A DNA stretch of 34,179 nucleotides from Craspedostauros australis (taxonomy: Eukaryota): NCBI GenBank assembly GCA_030167865.1, contig JALAGF010001848.1:124001-158179 (forward strand). The letters run 5' to 3'. Made by a program: the position numbers and the translations under genes. Position 1 is the first letter of the stretch. Each line of letters begins with the position of its first letter. Shown here piece by piece: positions 1 through 10,383 of this stretch. The notes under the pieces are model-generated. The model had not been told where the DNA came from. It saw nothing but the letters and a program-made list of their open reading frames with translations, and did not search any database.

Positions 1-1510
1 GCGTGGCGTCGTCCATATCATCATCGTCATCGTCTCCGCCATCTCCTGCGGCTTCGGCTTTGGGATCGTGCGGGTGGCCGAAGATGGGAAGGCGGCCGAA
101 GATGACACCGTCCACGCTGAAGCATTGCAGTTTGTAGTCCCCGGTACCCTGCTCCAGGAAGTCGAGCGCGTGGCATGGCTGTGGGAAACGCAGATGGATG
201 GCATCGTCCGTGAAGACGATCTTTTCCGACGAAGCCTCCGCGCCGAGTTGTCCCGGTGCTTCTGCAAACACGCTCTCTTTGGCCAGACCTTGCCATGGCG
301 AATCCTTGGGGAGGAAGTATCGGGAACCCGCCCCGTCGTCAGTCTTCATGATGAGCCTTGTCGCTCTCATTGTGTCTTGCAAGCTGTCGCAAACTTGTTT
401 CGATGCATCGGGCGCTTCCTCATCATCGTCGTCCTCTTCCTCATCATCATCATCGTCGTCGTCGTCGTCGTCGCCAATGGTAGAGCCCGTGAGGATGGCG
501 TTGCATCCTTTGCCAGGCACGAAGCTGGATTGGTACGATCCCAGGAAGGTCTCGAGCGGTTGCAATATTCTTTCTTCCAGTACTGCGGGTGGCGTGGCAC
601 CGGCCATGTACGGGACGGTGCTGAGCACGAGCTGTGCCAGAATGGCCGCGACGGTTGGGTTGCTGAGGGTTCCAAACGCGGTTGACGCGGCCATGACAAG
701 TCTGCACACTAGGCCAGTGAATGTCATTTGGGAGCCGTCGCTTGTGGCATCGCCTCCAGCGGCAGCGTCGCTGTCGTCGTAAGCCCTGACGATGTTCATC
801 TTGGCCAACATTGCGAGATACCGAAGCAACAACTTGAGCCTGCAGATGGCTTCGGCATTCGCAATTGTGCTGGCGCCCTCCACCAGGATCAGATCCAGAT
901 CGCGCCCGATGTGTCGCATCGCGTGCACTATGCAGCGCTGCGAGAAACCGCCGAACTCGGTGGATTTGACCTGCTCGTGGATGGCGAGCGTCAAGGCAGC
1001 GTAGCAGGGCGTTTGCAAGGGCAGGCTGCTGGCGCAACTGACGACGAGCGAAACCAGCTTGCCATGATCCTCCGATCCATCCTCTGCCGTCTTGAAGGCA
1101 AAGAGGGTGTTCATCCTGTCTGGCGCGCACAGGGCACCGGTGATGTCCATGATGTTCTTGGCGGTGGTTGCCTCGACTGGACGCAGAGCTTCGCCCTGCG
1201 TGGCATCGGCGGAAGTCGCGATGTTCTTGAGCTCGCCCACCCGGCTGACGAGGGAGTAGATCTGGCGCAGCATCAGCTCCTCCTGCGACACGGCGCTGGC
1301 ACCGAATCGGTTGCCTCTGCCACCGCGCGGCCCACGGGATCTGTCGTTGCGGTATGGCTGGTGACCGCGGTATCGGCCACGTCCACCTCCGCGTCCCCGA
1401 CCGCGGCCTCTGCCGTAGCTGCGGTATCGACCACCACCGCCGTAATGATCATTGTCGCGGGGTCCACCCGAGGACTGGTCGTCCCGACCGTGCGACAGTG
1501 GCTTGTCCAT
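1..1510 (-). CDS. NCBP1: Nuclear cap-binding protein subunit 1 (CBP80/NCBP1), partial; 3' end lies beyond the left edge of the window
   Basis: Manual translation from the ATG at 1510 gives a stop-free frame to position 2: MDKPLSHGRDD...RGRGRGRGGGRGR...LVSLVVSCASSLPLQTPCYAALTLAI...RLKLLLRYLAML...LVLSTVPYMAG...VIFGRLPIF. These blocks match, in order, remembered CBP80 MIF4G helices (ARLLPEKLTIYTTLVGLL, YLVRFLSDL, AFLSSLPWVG, RVIFRMF). It is probably missing from the ORF track because it has no stop in the window. Confidence 0.85.
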   Translation of the reverse strand, partial: MDKPLSHGRDDQSSGGPRDNDHYGGGGRYRSYGRGRGRGRGGGRGRYRGHQPYRNDRSRGPRGGRGNRFGASAVSQEELMLRQIYSLVSRVGELKNIATSADATQGEALRPVEATTAKNIMDITGALCAPDRMNTLFAFKTAEDGSEDHGKLVSLVVSCASSLPLQTPCYAALTLAIHEQVKSTEFGGFSQRCIVHAMRHIGRDLDLILVEGASTIANAEAICRLKLLLRYLAMLAKMNIVRAYDDSDAAAGGDATSDGSQMTFTGLVCRLVMAASTAFGTLSNPTVAAILAQLVLSTVPYMAGATPPAVLEERILQPLETFLGSYQSSFVPGKGCNAILTGSTIGDDDDDDDDDDEEEDDDDEEAPDASKQVCDSLQDTMRATRLIMKTDDGAGSRYFLPKDSPWQGLAKESVFAEAPGQLGAEASSEKIVFTDDAIHLRFPQPCHALDFLEQGTGDYKLQCFSVDGVIFGRLPIFGHPHDPKAEAAGDGGDDDDDDMDDAT

Positions 1511-2206
1511 CTTCCCTTTCCTCAAGTCTCCTTCTGCGATTCCAAGCTTCGTTCCACGTTGGCGACCTCCCCGATGTCTTCCGACAGAGCCTCTCCTTGT
1601 CCTTGTTGTTCCAACTGGGATGTGTACGACTCCAGTAGAATAGAGGAGTACTTATCGCACGAGCCACCTTGCACGAGCAATTTGATGCTGTCGCAAACAC
1701 GAAGGCAACGATCTTTGATCTTTGATCTTTGGTTCATCCCAGATTGTGCAACCCACCGATGCACCCACGAGGAGATCGGAGCCCAAAACCCACCACCTGA
1801 TCAACATCTCATTGTTTGTTGCTCATCGGTTTTTGCGGGTAGTTTGTCGGTCGCTGTTTCGTTGTGGGTTGTTGGCCCAGCGTCCGTCGTTCGTCCGTCT
1901 TTGAATGTTCTGTGTTGTCGGAAATCAATCAGACGAGTCGACTCGTGCAGAAAACACAAGAACACACGAGTTGTCTGTGACGCGACACAACAAGGCAGGC
2001 ACAAAGAGCAAAGACGAAAGACCAAAGAGAGCAACTGGGGGAGTGCTTGAGGCGAAGATCAACAGAAGATCAACAGAAGATCTGAGCATTCTTTTTCTCC
2101 ACCACAACCCACCAAGACGAGAAAGTATCCGACACCTGCGCAACTGCCAGCCGTCACATTGAGCAAGGATTGCATGCTCGTATAGAAGACCCTCCTCCTC
2201 CTTCTT

Positions 2207-2230
2207 AGAGAGAGAGAGAGAGAGAGAGAG
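2207..2230 (+). repeat. (AG)12 microsatellite 16 nt upstream of the myotubularin ATG
   Basis: Read directly from the sequence. Confidence 0.95.
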
Positions 2231-2246
2231 TACTCGCAGTGGCAAT

Positions 2247-5200
2247 ATGCAAGACCAAGGGAAGGGCGAAGGCGATGCGCAAGCCATTGACATCGACAAC
2301 GACAACGACAACGACAATGCTCTTCAAGAAGCAGACGCTCTTCTGCAAGAGCTGGGGGTGGATCTCGATTCAGACGCCGGACTGGTGATCGATGGATTCG
2401 CGATTGACAGCGACGGCGAAGATGACAATGGTGCTGCGCCTGCATCCGCTCCTGCTGCCGCCACTGCAGAGAATCAGGATCCACTCCAGGATGACCTGGG
2501 CGAAGACATGGACCACCCGCTGTCTGAGGTCATGCTGGGAGCACCGCCAGCGCCGGCATCTGGCAATGCGCCGACGACGACCCCGGGAGGGGCGATGGCC
2601 ACGGGAGCACCGGGGATCAACGTCAACGGCGCCAGCGGCACCATGGTCACGCCCTTGACACCGGGAGGCGCCATCTCACCTTCGGGGACGTCCGCAGCGG
2701 TGGATCGCTGGACGCAGCACACCTCCAGATTTGCCTCCAGCTTCGCGTCGATGGCCAAGCAGGCGGCCAGCCAGGTCGCGGCGGCTGGCCAGATGGCAGC
2801 CTCCACCGCCGTGCAACCCGTCTCACGCCCCGGCATGGCCATGGGCATGGGCGTAGGTATGGCCATGGACGGATCAGTCGGTGGAGCAAGCATGGTCAGC
2901 AGCACCGTGTCGACAGCGTCATCCGCAACCATGACGCAACCGTCTATCGCTGGTGGAATTGCCAACGGGATCATGGGTGGGATGGGCGCCGCGCAAATGC
3001 AACCGCCCATGCCGGCGAATGGAATGCCCACCCTGGCGATGCCGGCGGACCTCACCAAGGACCAGAAAGAAACCCTCATCAAGAACCACGTTGGGGACAC
3101 TCTGGAGGGAGAGCAGACGGTCATGTTCCTCTCCAACCTTCTGCACGTCAACGAGACGTCAGGAATATCCTTTTTTGCCAACCAAACCAGCGCAAGCAAG
3201 GACGTCATGTGGTGCTGCGTCGTCACCATCTACCGCATCATTCTATTCGCCACGAACACTGAGAAGACCATCCCCGTGGCCTGCCCCCCTGGCTGGGACT
3301 ACAGATGCTGGATGGGCAAGCAGGAGGACCGCAGCAAGATCGAGATGCCGCTGGCCTCCATCGACAGACTCGAGAAGACCGTGTACCAGGCAGGCGGCAG
3401 CTCCTTCATGGGACTCGTCATCACGTCCAAGGAGAACTGTCGCATGATACGCTTTTCGACCAGCAGCTACCAGGACACCGGGCGTGCGTTGGAGTCCCTC
3501 AATTCCTACGCCTTCCCTGGTCGGCAGCACCTGGGCTATCTCTTCGCCTTCGAACGAAAGCGTGAGCTCGTCATGTCGTCCATCCAGGTCGACCCGACAA
3601 CCCAGAAGCAGACGATCACGATACCGCCAACGCCTAAACGATTTGATGCCATGGCCGAGTACTCCAGATTGCTGCAACACACAGGCGCAGCACAGTGTCC
3701 GTGGAGCGTGTGGCCGTCCATCAACAGCGAGTACCGCCTTTCCGCTTCGTACCCATCCGTGTTGGCGGGGCCTGCATCGCTCGATGAGACCAAACCGGAA
3801 GCGCTGCACACGATCCGCCAATGCGCGGCATTCCGCAGCGAGCAGCGTCTGCCATCGTTGACCTGGTGCGGTGCTGGCGGAGCCTCCATCTGGAGAGCAT
3901 CGCAGCCGAAGGTTGGGCTGCAGGGCAACCGCAGCTCTGCGGACGAAGTCTTCTTGCGTCATGTGGTGGAGTCAGCAAGGAGCGCCAACGCCATGGTGGA
4001 AGCACCACCGTCGCTCCCACGAAACATCCTCCAGCATCTCACCGGCGACTACACCAAAGATTGGGCGCCCGAAACAACTTGCGGCCTCAAGATCCTTGAT
4101 CTGCGACCGCGCGCATCGGCGATGGCCAACAGAACCGGAGGTCAGTCCTCAAGTGCTTGCGTGTTCGACCTTTGGGTGTTCGTTCATTTGGTTGGTTGGT
4201 TGGTTGTTTTGGGTACTTGTATTTACCATTGTGTGAAGTTGGAGCATCATGGATGGTATTACACACGAAGCTTGTGGAGTACTGCATATCGCTGCGAAGT
4301 GTGGCTGAATTCTCCAGGTCAATTCCATCTTCGACCGCATCATCACTCGTACACTAGCACCTCCCTCACTCTTGTCCTTGGCTTGTTTGCATTCTCAAAT
4401 CACTTGCTCTATTCTGCTTTCTCTCGACATCAACGGCAACGACAAATGAAAAATACTCCATGAAATCCAAACACAAATGCCCAACAATTATTCACAGGAT
4501 ACGGATACGAGAACACATCCAACTACCTGAACACCACTTTGCAGTTTTGCAACATCGGCAACATCCATGCCGTTCGCGATAGCTACCAGCGTCTGTGCTC
4601 CGTTTGCAACAACGTGACCACAGCCGACGTCAGCTGGAATTCCCTGGTGGAAGACACCAAGTGGCTGTCCCACGTGCGCCTGATCCTCGCTGCGGCGTGG
4701 GAGACCGCGTACTGGACCCACATCTGGCGATTGCCCGTGCTGGTGCACTGCAGCCACGGATGGGACCGGACATCTCAGGTCTGCGTCCTGGCGCAGATCT
4801 TGCTCGATCCCCACTACCGAACATGCAAGGGTTTTGCGACGCTCGTCGAGAAAGACTTTATGAGCTTCGGGCATCCATTCCACCTGCGCTGTGCGCATGG
4901 TGAGGGTCGTAGCGACAGCGCGACATCTGGCCGCACAAGCAACCAGAGCAAGGAGAGCCAGACCTCGCCCATCTTCCTGCAATTTATGGATTGCATGTAC
5001 CAAATCGTTGCCCTCTTCCCAGAATGCTTCGAGTTCAACACGTCGTACGTCCTCGAATTGTCCAACAGCATCTACTCCTGCCGTTTCGGCAACATGCTCT
5101 GCGACTCCGAGAGGGAGAGGGAAGTGCTCGCCAACATCCGCCAAAGGACCTTCTCCGTTTGGGATTACCTGGAGGAAAAGCAGGGCCTGAAGAATCCATC

Positions 5201-5333
5201 CTTCCGAGAATCGGACAGCGCGCCGCAGGACGTCCTGCTGATGCCGTTGCCCATGCTCCTTCGCGGGGTGCATCTGTGGAAGGAGAAGCACTGCAGGTAC
5301 AGCCCCAAGCTGACGTTGAAATGCAACCAATGA
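2247..5333 (+). CDS. Myotubularin-family phosphoinositide 3-phosphatase (~909 aa); exons 2247-4140 and 4498-5333
   Basis: Donor G|GTCAGT at 4141 and acceptor TTCACAG| at 4497 join to ANRTGGYGYEN...FCNIGNIHAVRDS. Other family motifs are RSEQRLPSLTW, IWRASQP, ILDLRP, active site LVHCSHGWDRTSQ, LLDPHYRTCKGF, EKDFMSFGHPF, SPIFLQFMDC, FPECFEFN and YSCRFGNML. A PH-GRAM-like segment follows a low-complexity N-terminus. Confidence 0.93.
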
Positions 5334-6368
5334 GGAGTGAAATGAGGAATGATCTGCGAGTATGGTACGACCACGGCAAAGAGTGGCAGGAGTAGCACGG
5401 GACAGCAGGAACATCGCGCAACATACTACTCGTATTGCATACTGCCGCATCAACTCGATATAGCACATAATATTTCCACCAGCATACTCTCGTCGAGCAC
5501 CACCGTCTATCCCCAATTCCTGTTTTGTCATTAGATGAGAATAGTGCGCTTTGGCAAGTCTGATCGCAGCATGCGCCATAGTTGTTCGAGCAGTACTGGT
5601 ACGACTATGAACAACAAGGATTGAGCATGCTCTACTCCACGAGTATAGTAGAGTGCACTGCGTAGACCAGTCGAAAGGCACCTTACTCTCTCTCTCTCTC
5701 CCCCCTCATACCCGCAAAAGCTCGACCGTGGAACGTTGAACGTGCGAGTAGAGCGCTGGATGCTCAGTGCTGTTTCGTCCTGCCATGCCGTTTTACTGGC
5801 CATGCCCACGTCGAACAAGAGATCTCCTCTGATTCTACATACGACTACTCTACTCTATGTGATCGCCGCGATCCCAGTTCCCTTGTTCGGAAAGGTTTAT
5901 CGTTAGATTATGATTGCACGATGGTGCTCTGATCCCTACTATAACATGATAATATACGGAAAGTGCCCGCTCGTTGTCGTACTACAATCTGCTTCCTGCA
6001 TGTCTATCTTCTATCTTCCACGAAGCTGTCTAGGGTACGGCGCAAAGTATCAGCGCGAAGATCGCGCGGGAGACGCTTTGACTAAGGCGACTAAACGTCC
6101 CAACAACCAGAACGTCAACAACAGCCAAGAAAAACCAACCAAAGAAAATCGCCGAAGCTTGTCACCAACGAGAGAAGAGACGTCGTCGGTGGGTGCGGTG
6201 TGGTTTGGTGTGGCGTGGTGTTCTCCGTGTTGTTCGTGTCGGCTGTTGTTGTCTGCAAGGGAGGGGAGCATCGAGAAGCGAGAGGAACGCAAAAACAGGG
6301 TTGGCTGGTTGGGACTTGTGACAAAGCCCATCCCTGACAACACAACTCTTTGGTTTTCAGAGGGAAGG

Positions 6369-7607
6369 ATGACGGAGAGTTTACATCCCTTGCAGAATGG
6401 TGCGTGTGGTGTGCGGTTGTGCGGTTGCGCTATCGTGATCATGCGATGGTAGTCGCAAGCCATTGTTCGCCTCTCCCAAACGACGTGGATCGTTCACGAG
6501 ATGAGAGGATCGGATGGTGGTGATGGGATGCAATTGCATCGGATCTTCTTCTCGTTCCCGCCATGGGTTTCGTCGGCTTGCATGGGAAAAGCAGAATCGG
6601 CCCAGCACATGACGGTACATCATATTGCATTACATCACATCGCCACACATACATTCAGACATTCATACGTGCATGAGTGCACGAGTGGGTATTCGAGAGA
6701 TGGTGATCGGTGGTGGTCGATGGTCGATGATCTACGACCGTGGCCGGTGAACAGGATCGGAAGCACGGTCGCCAACGCTACGTGCATGTGCTGAATGTCC
6801 TTGTGGTAGTGCCCTGGGCGATCGATTGGGTCATTGCCGTGTTGCACTGCATGCTTCAGCACAAGATACCGGATCCCTCTCCGCGATCCTCATATCCTGC
6901 TCAACCCTGCCATGGCCTGCTTGCTTCCTTGCTTGTTCTCATCTAACCTTGCTCCATTCCCGCTACTCAACTCACTCCCCTCCCCTCTGACTCGCTCCCT
7001 GCATGCTGTTGGGGAAACATGCGTCGGCGCAGCCTGGGTTCTGTGGGAGCACAAATCAAGTACCACGAAGGATCCAACAAAATGGAAGGAGAATATGAAG
7101 CAGCTGTGCGAGTTCACGACCATGGAGGAGTTTTGGCAGAACTTCAACAATCTGCCCAAGCCATCGGAAGTGTTCTTTGATGGCCAATGCAAAAAGAAGA
7201 TCGGAGAGGATGGCAGAACTGTGGCCGAGTACTCCCTGTTCAAGAAAGGTATAGAACCGGAATGGAGCGACCCGCAGAATACGATCGGAGGAGAATGGTT
7301 TTGCAGACAGTCGTTCGAATTGGAGATCCTCGATCTGTACTGGATCAACCTGGTCATGGGATTGGTCGGCGAGACCATAGAGGATGCGATCAACTCGGAC
7401 AGCAAGGGCAACGATCACCTGAATGGCGTCCGGGTGGTGGACAAGTCGAGAGGATCGCTCCCCCAGTACCGTCTGGAGGTGTGGATCAACACGCGCGACG
7501 CCGTCGTGCGAGATCGCGTCAAGCAGCGCCTCATTGACGTCGCTGTGAACGGACAGGATTCTGCGAACAGAACTGTCCCAAGATTTAGCTGGAAGGATCA
7601 TGTCTAA
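6369..7607 (+). CDS. EIF4E: Eukaryotic translation initiation factor 4E family protein (201 aa); exons 6369-6399 and 7033-7607
   Basis: The short first exon MTESLHPLQN-G|GTGCGT spliced to CAG|CCTGG restores the eIF4E core start HPLQNAWVLW. Downstream motifs are TMEEFW, YSLFKKGIEPEW, GGEW, W..LV..LVGE, GVRVVDK and RLEVW. Confidence 0.93.
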
Positions 7608-8820
7608 GCGGAGTGCCACGAGTACACCCACCCAATGGGAGGACTTGTACCCATGCCATATTGAGGTGGAAAGCGTGTACCGTGCGCATGCACGTGTACC
7701 ATACATGTGAGGATGGCGACGACAGCAGGAGCATCAAACGCAAACGCAAATATCGACGCCCGTTCCACTTTCAGCTCGAACAGGCCGAGCCAAAAACAAA
7801 CAAGCATATTAAGTTGAAGCGCAAGCAGAGCGACACAAGCGCCTCAATGCAAACAACACCAACGAAGCATCAGAGAGAATCATGGGCCATCACGTGTGCG
7901 AAGGCGACGATTCGCCTTCACATGCATCGCTCGGCGCACTCTCCGATGCACAACCAAACCAAACCCACTCGACAACTAACGGGTGAACGAACCACAAATG
8001 AGGAGACTGTAAAAAGCAAGACCTCCTGCAACGCGAAACGCAACACCATCAGCAGGAGCTACGACTACCAAACTATTATACCACATACCAAACCAACGCA
8101 GGGGGGACTGCAGCAAAATGCAATGGAAACGAGCGTACCATAACATGTGCACTCTTCTCTATTAGTTCCCAACTTTTTCCTGCAACCCAATTCACTGAGT
8201 GCGAGTATGCCATTTACATAGCAGAGAAATCCGTTCTCGACTCTACACATCTTCACGAAGAATGAATGATTGCGCTGACCCCAAGATTGCCCTTCTTTCC
8301 ATCCTCCGGTCAGATCATGGGACGGTGTGAAGAATGTGAGGTCAACTACCCGACAAGTCCTCCGAAGAGAATCCATTTGTGTGTTATTAGAGAGATGGAT
8401 CATACCTTGGTGATCGGGGAAGTTGGGAAGCTGGGTAGGCATAGAGAGAGAGAGATTGGGGCGCACTGGCGGGAACCTGACCTTAGCTTTCGCATTTCCG
8501 AAAAATCAGTTTTCAACTTCAGTCTTGGAACAGTCATTCACGTTTCATTGCCCACAGTCGATTCAATCGACCGTTTGAGAATAGTAGAGCGGTAAAACTG
8601 CGACAACACAAAACGAAACAATCAGCAGTGACGGAGAGTCAGCGAATGAAAACCAACCGCGACAGATTGGTGCTGGAACTCTTGTTGGTGCCAACGACCA
8701 CCCGCAAGAAACCCAACAAGAGCACCATCCGACAACGCTCCAACAAAACTAACCCCCGCGAACAGGTCCGCCACACGCATCGTGCTAACAGCAGTAACGA
8801 TAGATTAAACAACAGCAACC

Positions 8821-9722
8821 ATGAAGACTGTCCTCGCATCAAGAACCGTCGAGATCCCGGAAGGAGGTACGCAGCCACATCGTATGCATCTGATGTCGTG
8901 ATTGTGATTGTTGTTGTTGTGATCATCGTGGGGACGACACCCCGTTTGTATCGAGGCAACGGTGAACGTGGATGCTTGGCTGTGCGCTGCGATGGGGAAG
9001 CCACGTACTCATGGTCCATCACGACAAGCAATGCATCAACCGAGAATCTGTATGCTCGCAGCAACCAACAAGACACTCACTTTCTGTTGGCCTCGTTCTA
9101 ACGCTGTATCCAAAACCAACACAACTTGGCTTGTTCTTGACCTTGCGCAGTCGAGGTGGAGCTCGGCTCCCGCCAGATGAAGGTCACCGGACCTCTGGGA
9201 ACCCTCGAGCGTGACTTCAAGCACGTCTCCATGGAGCTGCAGATCATCACCGAGAAGGATGAGGCGGCCGATACCGAGAAGGATGAGGCGGCCGATACCG
9301 AGAAGAAGCTCGTCAAGGTCGACATCTGGTTCGCCACGCGAAAGCAGCTCGCCTGCGTGCGTACCATCTGCTCTCACATCGAGAATCTCTTCGTCGGTGT
9401 CACCCGCGGATTCCTCTACAAGATGCGCTTTGTGTACAGCCATTTCCCCATCAATGTTACTTTGACGGCCGGAAATGTTGAGATCAGAAACTTTTTGGGA
9501 GAGCGCCGCGTGCGCAAGGTGAAGCTGCTGCCAGGCGTCAACTACGTCCGCAGCGCTGATGTCAAGGACCAGATCGAGCTTTCCGGAATTGACATCGCCA
9601 TGGTCTCGCTGACTGCCGCCCAGATCCAGCAGGCCACCAACATCCGTCACAAGGATTTGCGTAAGTTCCTCGACGGTATCTACGTTTCTGAGAAGGGACC
9701 GACACCAATCCCAGACGAGTAA
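8821..9722 (+). CDS. RPL9: 60S ribosomal protein L9 (uL6), 205 aa; exons 8821-8866 and 9151-9722
   Basis: Exon 1 MKTVLASRTVEIPEG|GTACGC splices to GCAG|TC, giving VEVELGSRQMKVTGPLGTLERDFKH. Conserved motifs are GFLYKMRFVYSHFPINV, VEIRNFLGE and KDLRKFLDGIYVSEKG. Confidence 0.97.
9249..9305 (+). repeat. Exact in-frame tandem repeat of 24 nt (ACCGAGAAGGATGAGGCGGCCGAT, about 2.4 copies) inside RPL9
   Basis: Read directly: units 9249-9272 and 9273-9296 are identical, followed by a partial ACCGAGAAG. It encodes TEKDEAAD-TEKDEAAD-TEK. Confidence 0.95.
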
Positions 9723-10383
9723 ACCTAAGACAAAAAGTCATATGGTCTCCAATCATCATCTTATCCAAGTGGGGTTCTCTGTCTGAGAAGAGTGTGTTTG
9801 GTTGACGGCGGGCAGTTGCATGAGATTAGGTCGAAAGCGCCAAGTAACTTGTTTCCACCCAAACGCTGCTACACAAGTTCAAATGGGCATCAGATCTGAC
9901 ACGAAACTTGCAAAGCGTTCTCGTATAGCATGATTGTGTGGAATTAGTACCATACGATGCGTGACGAGACATACTCTGATGGGCACTGTTCCAGTAGTAC
10001 CATCTATCTATCTCTCCACAAAGAGAGACAGAGCACTCTGCACAGAACCTCTGTTATCGTCCCATCTAGATCGCAGGCGAGGCTACTCTAGCATGTATTA
10101 CAACATGCATTGGCCTCATGATTTTGATACGCTGCGTGAATCATGCGCCATCGGAAATGCCACCAAGTAGTTCGTGCTTCGCACAGCATCTCAGATCATT
10201 GCTGAGTGTGGTGCGCTGCTGTTTGATTGTTTTGATTGGTTACTGTTTGATTACTGTTAGGTTGCAGGTTGCTGCTGATGTCCCAGTAATATTGGTATCA
10301 CGTCAAGAAAATGTAGGTCGCTGTCGTTGGCGCATCTCCCTGCTACTGCAGTCGGGTACGTTGGGCCTCGGGTTGTTTGTTGC

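Noticed and set aside
68..2050. Plus-strand ORFs 68-685 and 728-2050 (205 and 440 aa)
   Set aside because: They are codon-aligned antisense shadows of the CBP80 frame, with no recognisable motifs.
4488..5681. 397-aa minus-strand ORF
   Set aside because: It is antisense to myotubularin exon 2, a typical GC3-driven shadow ORF.
5910..6452. 180-aa ORF upstream of eIF4E
   Set aside because: Only MTESLHPLQN (6369-6399) is coding; the rest is promoter, UTR and intron read-through.
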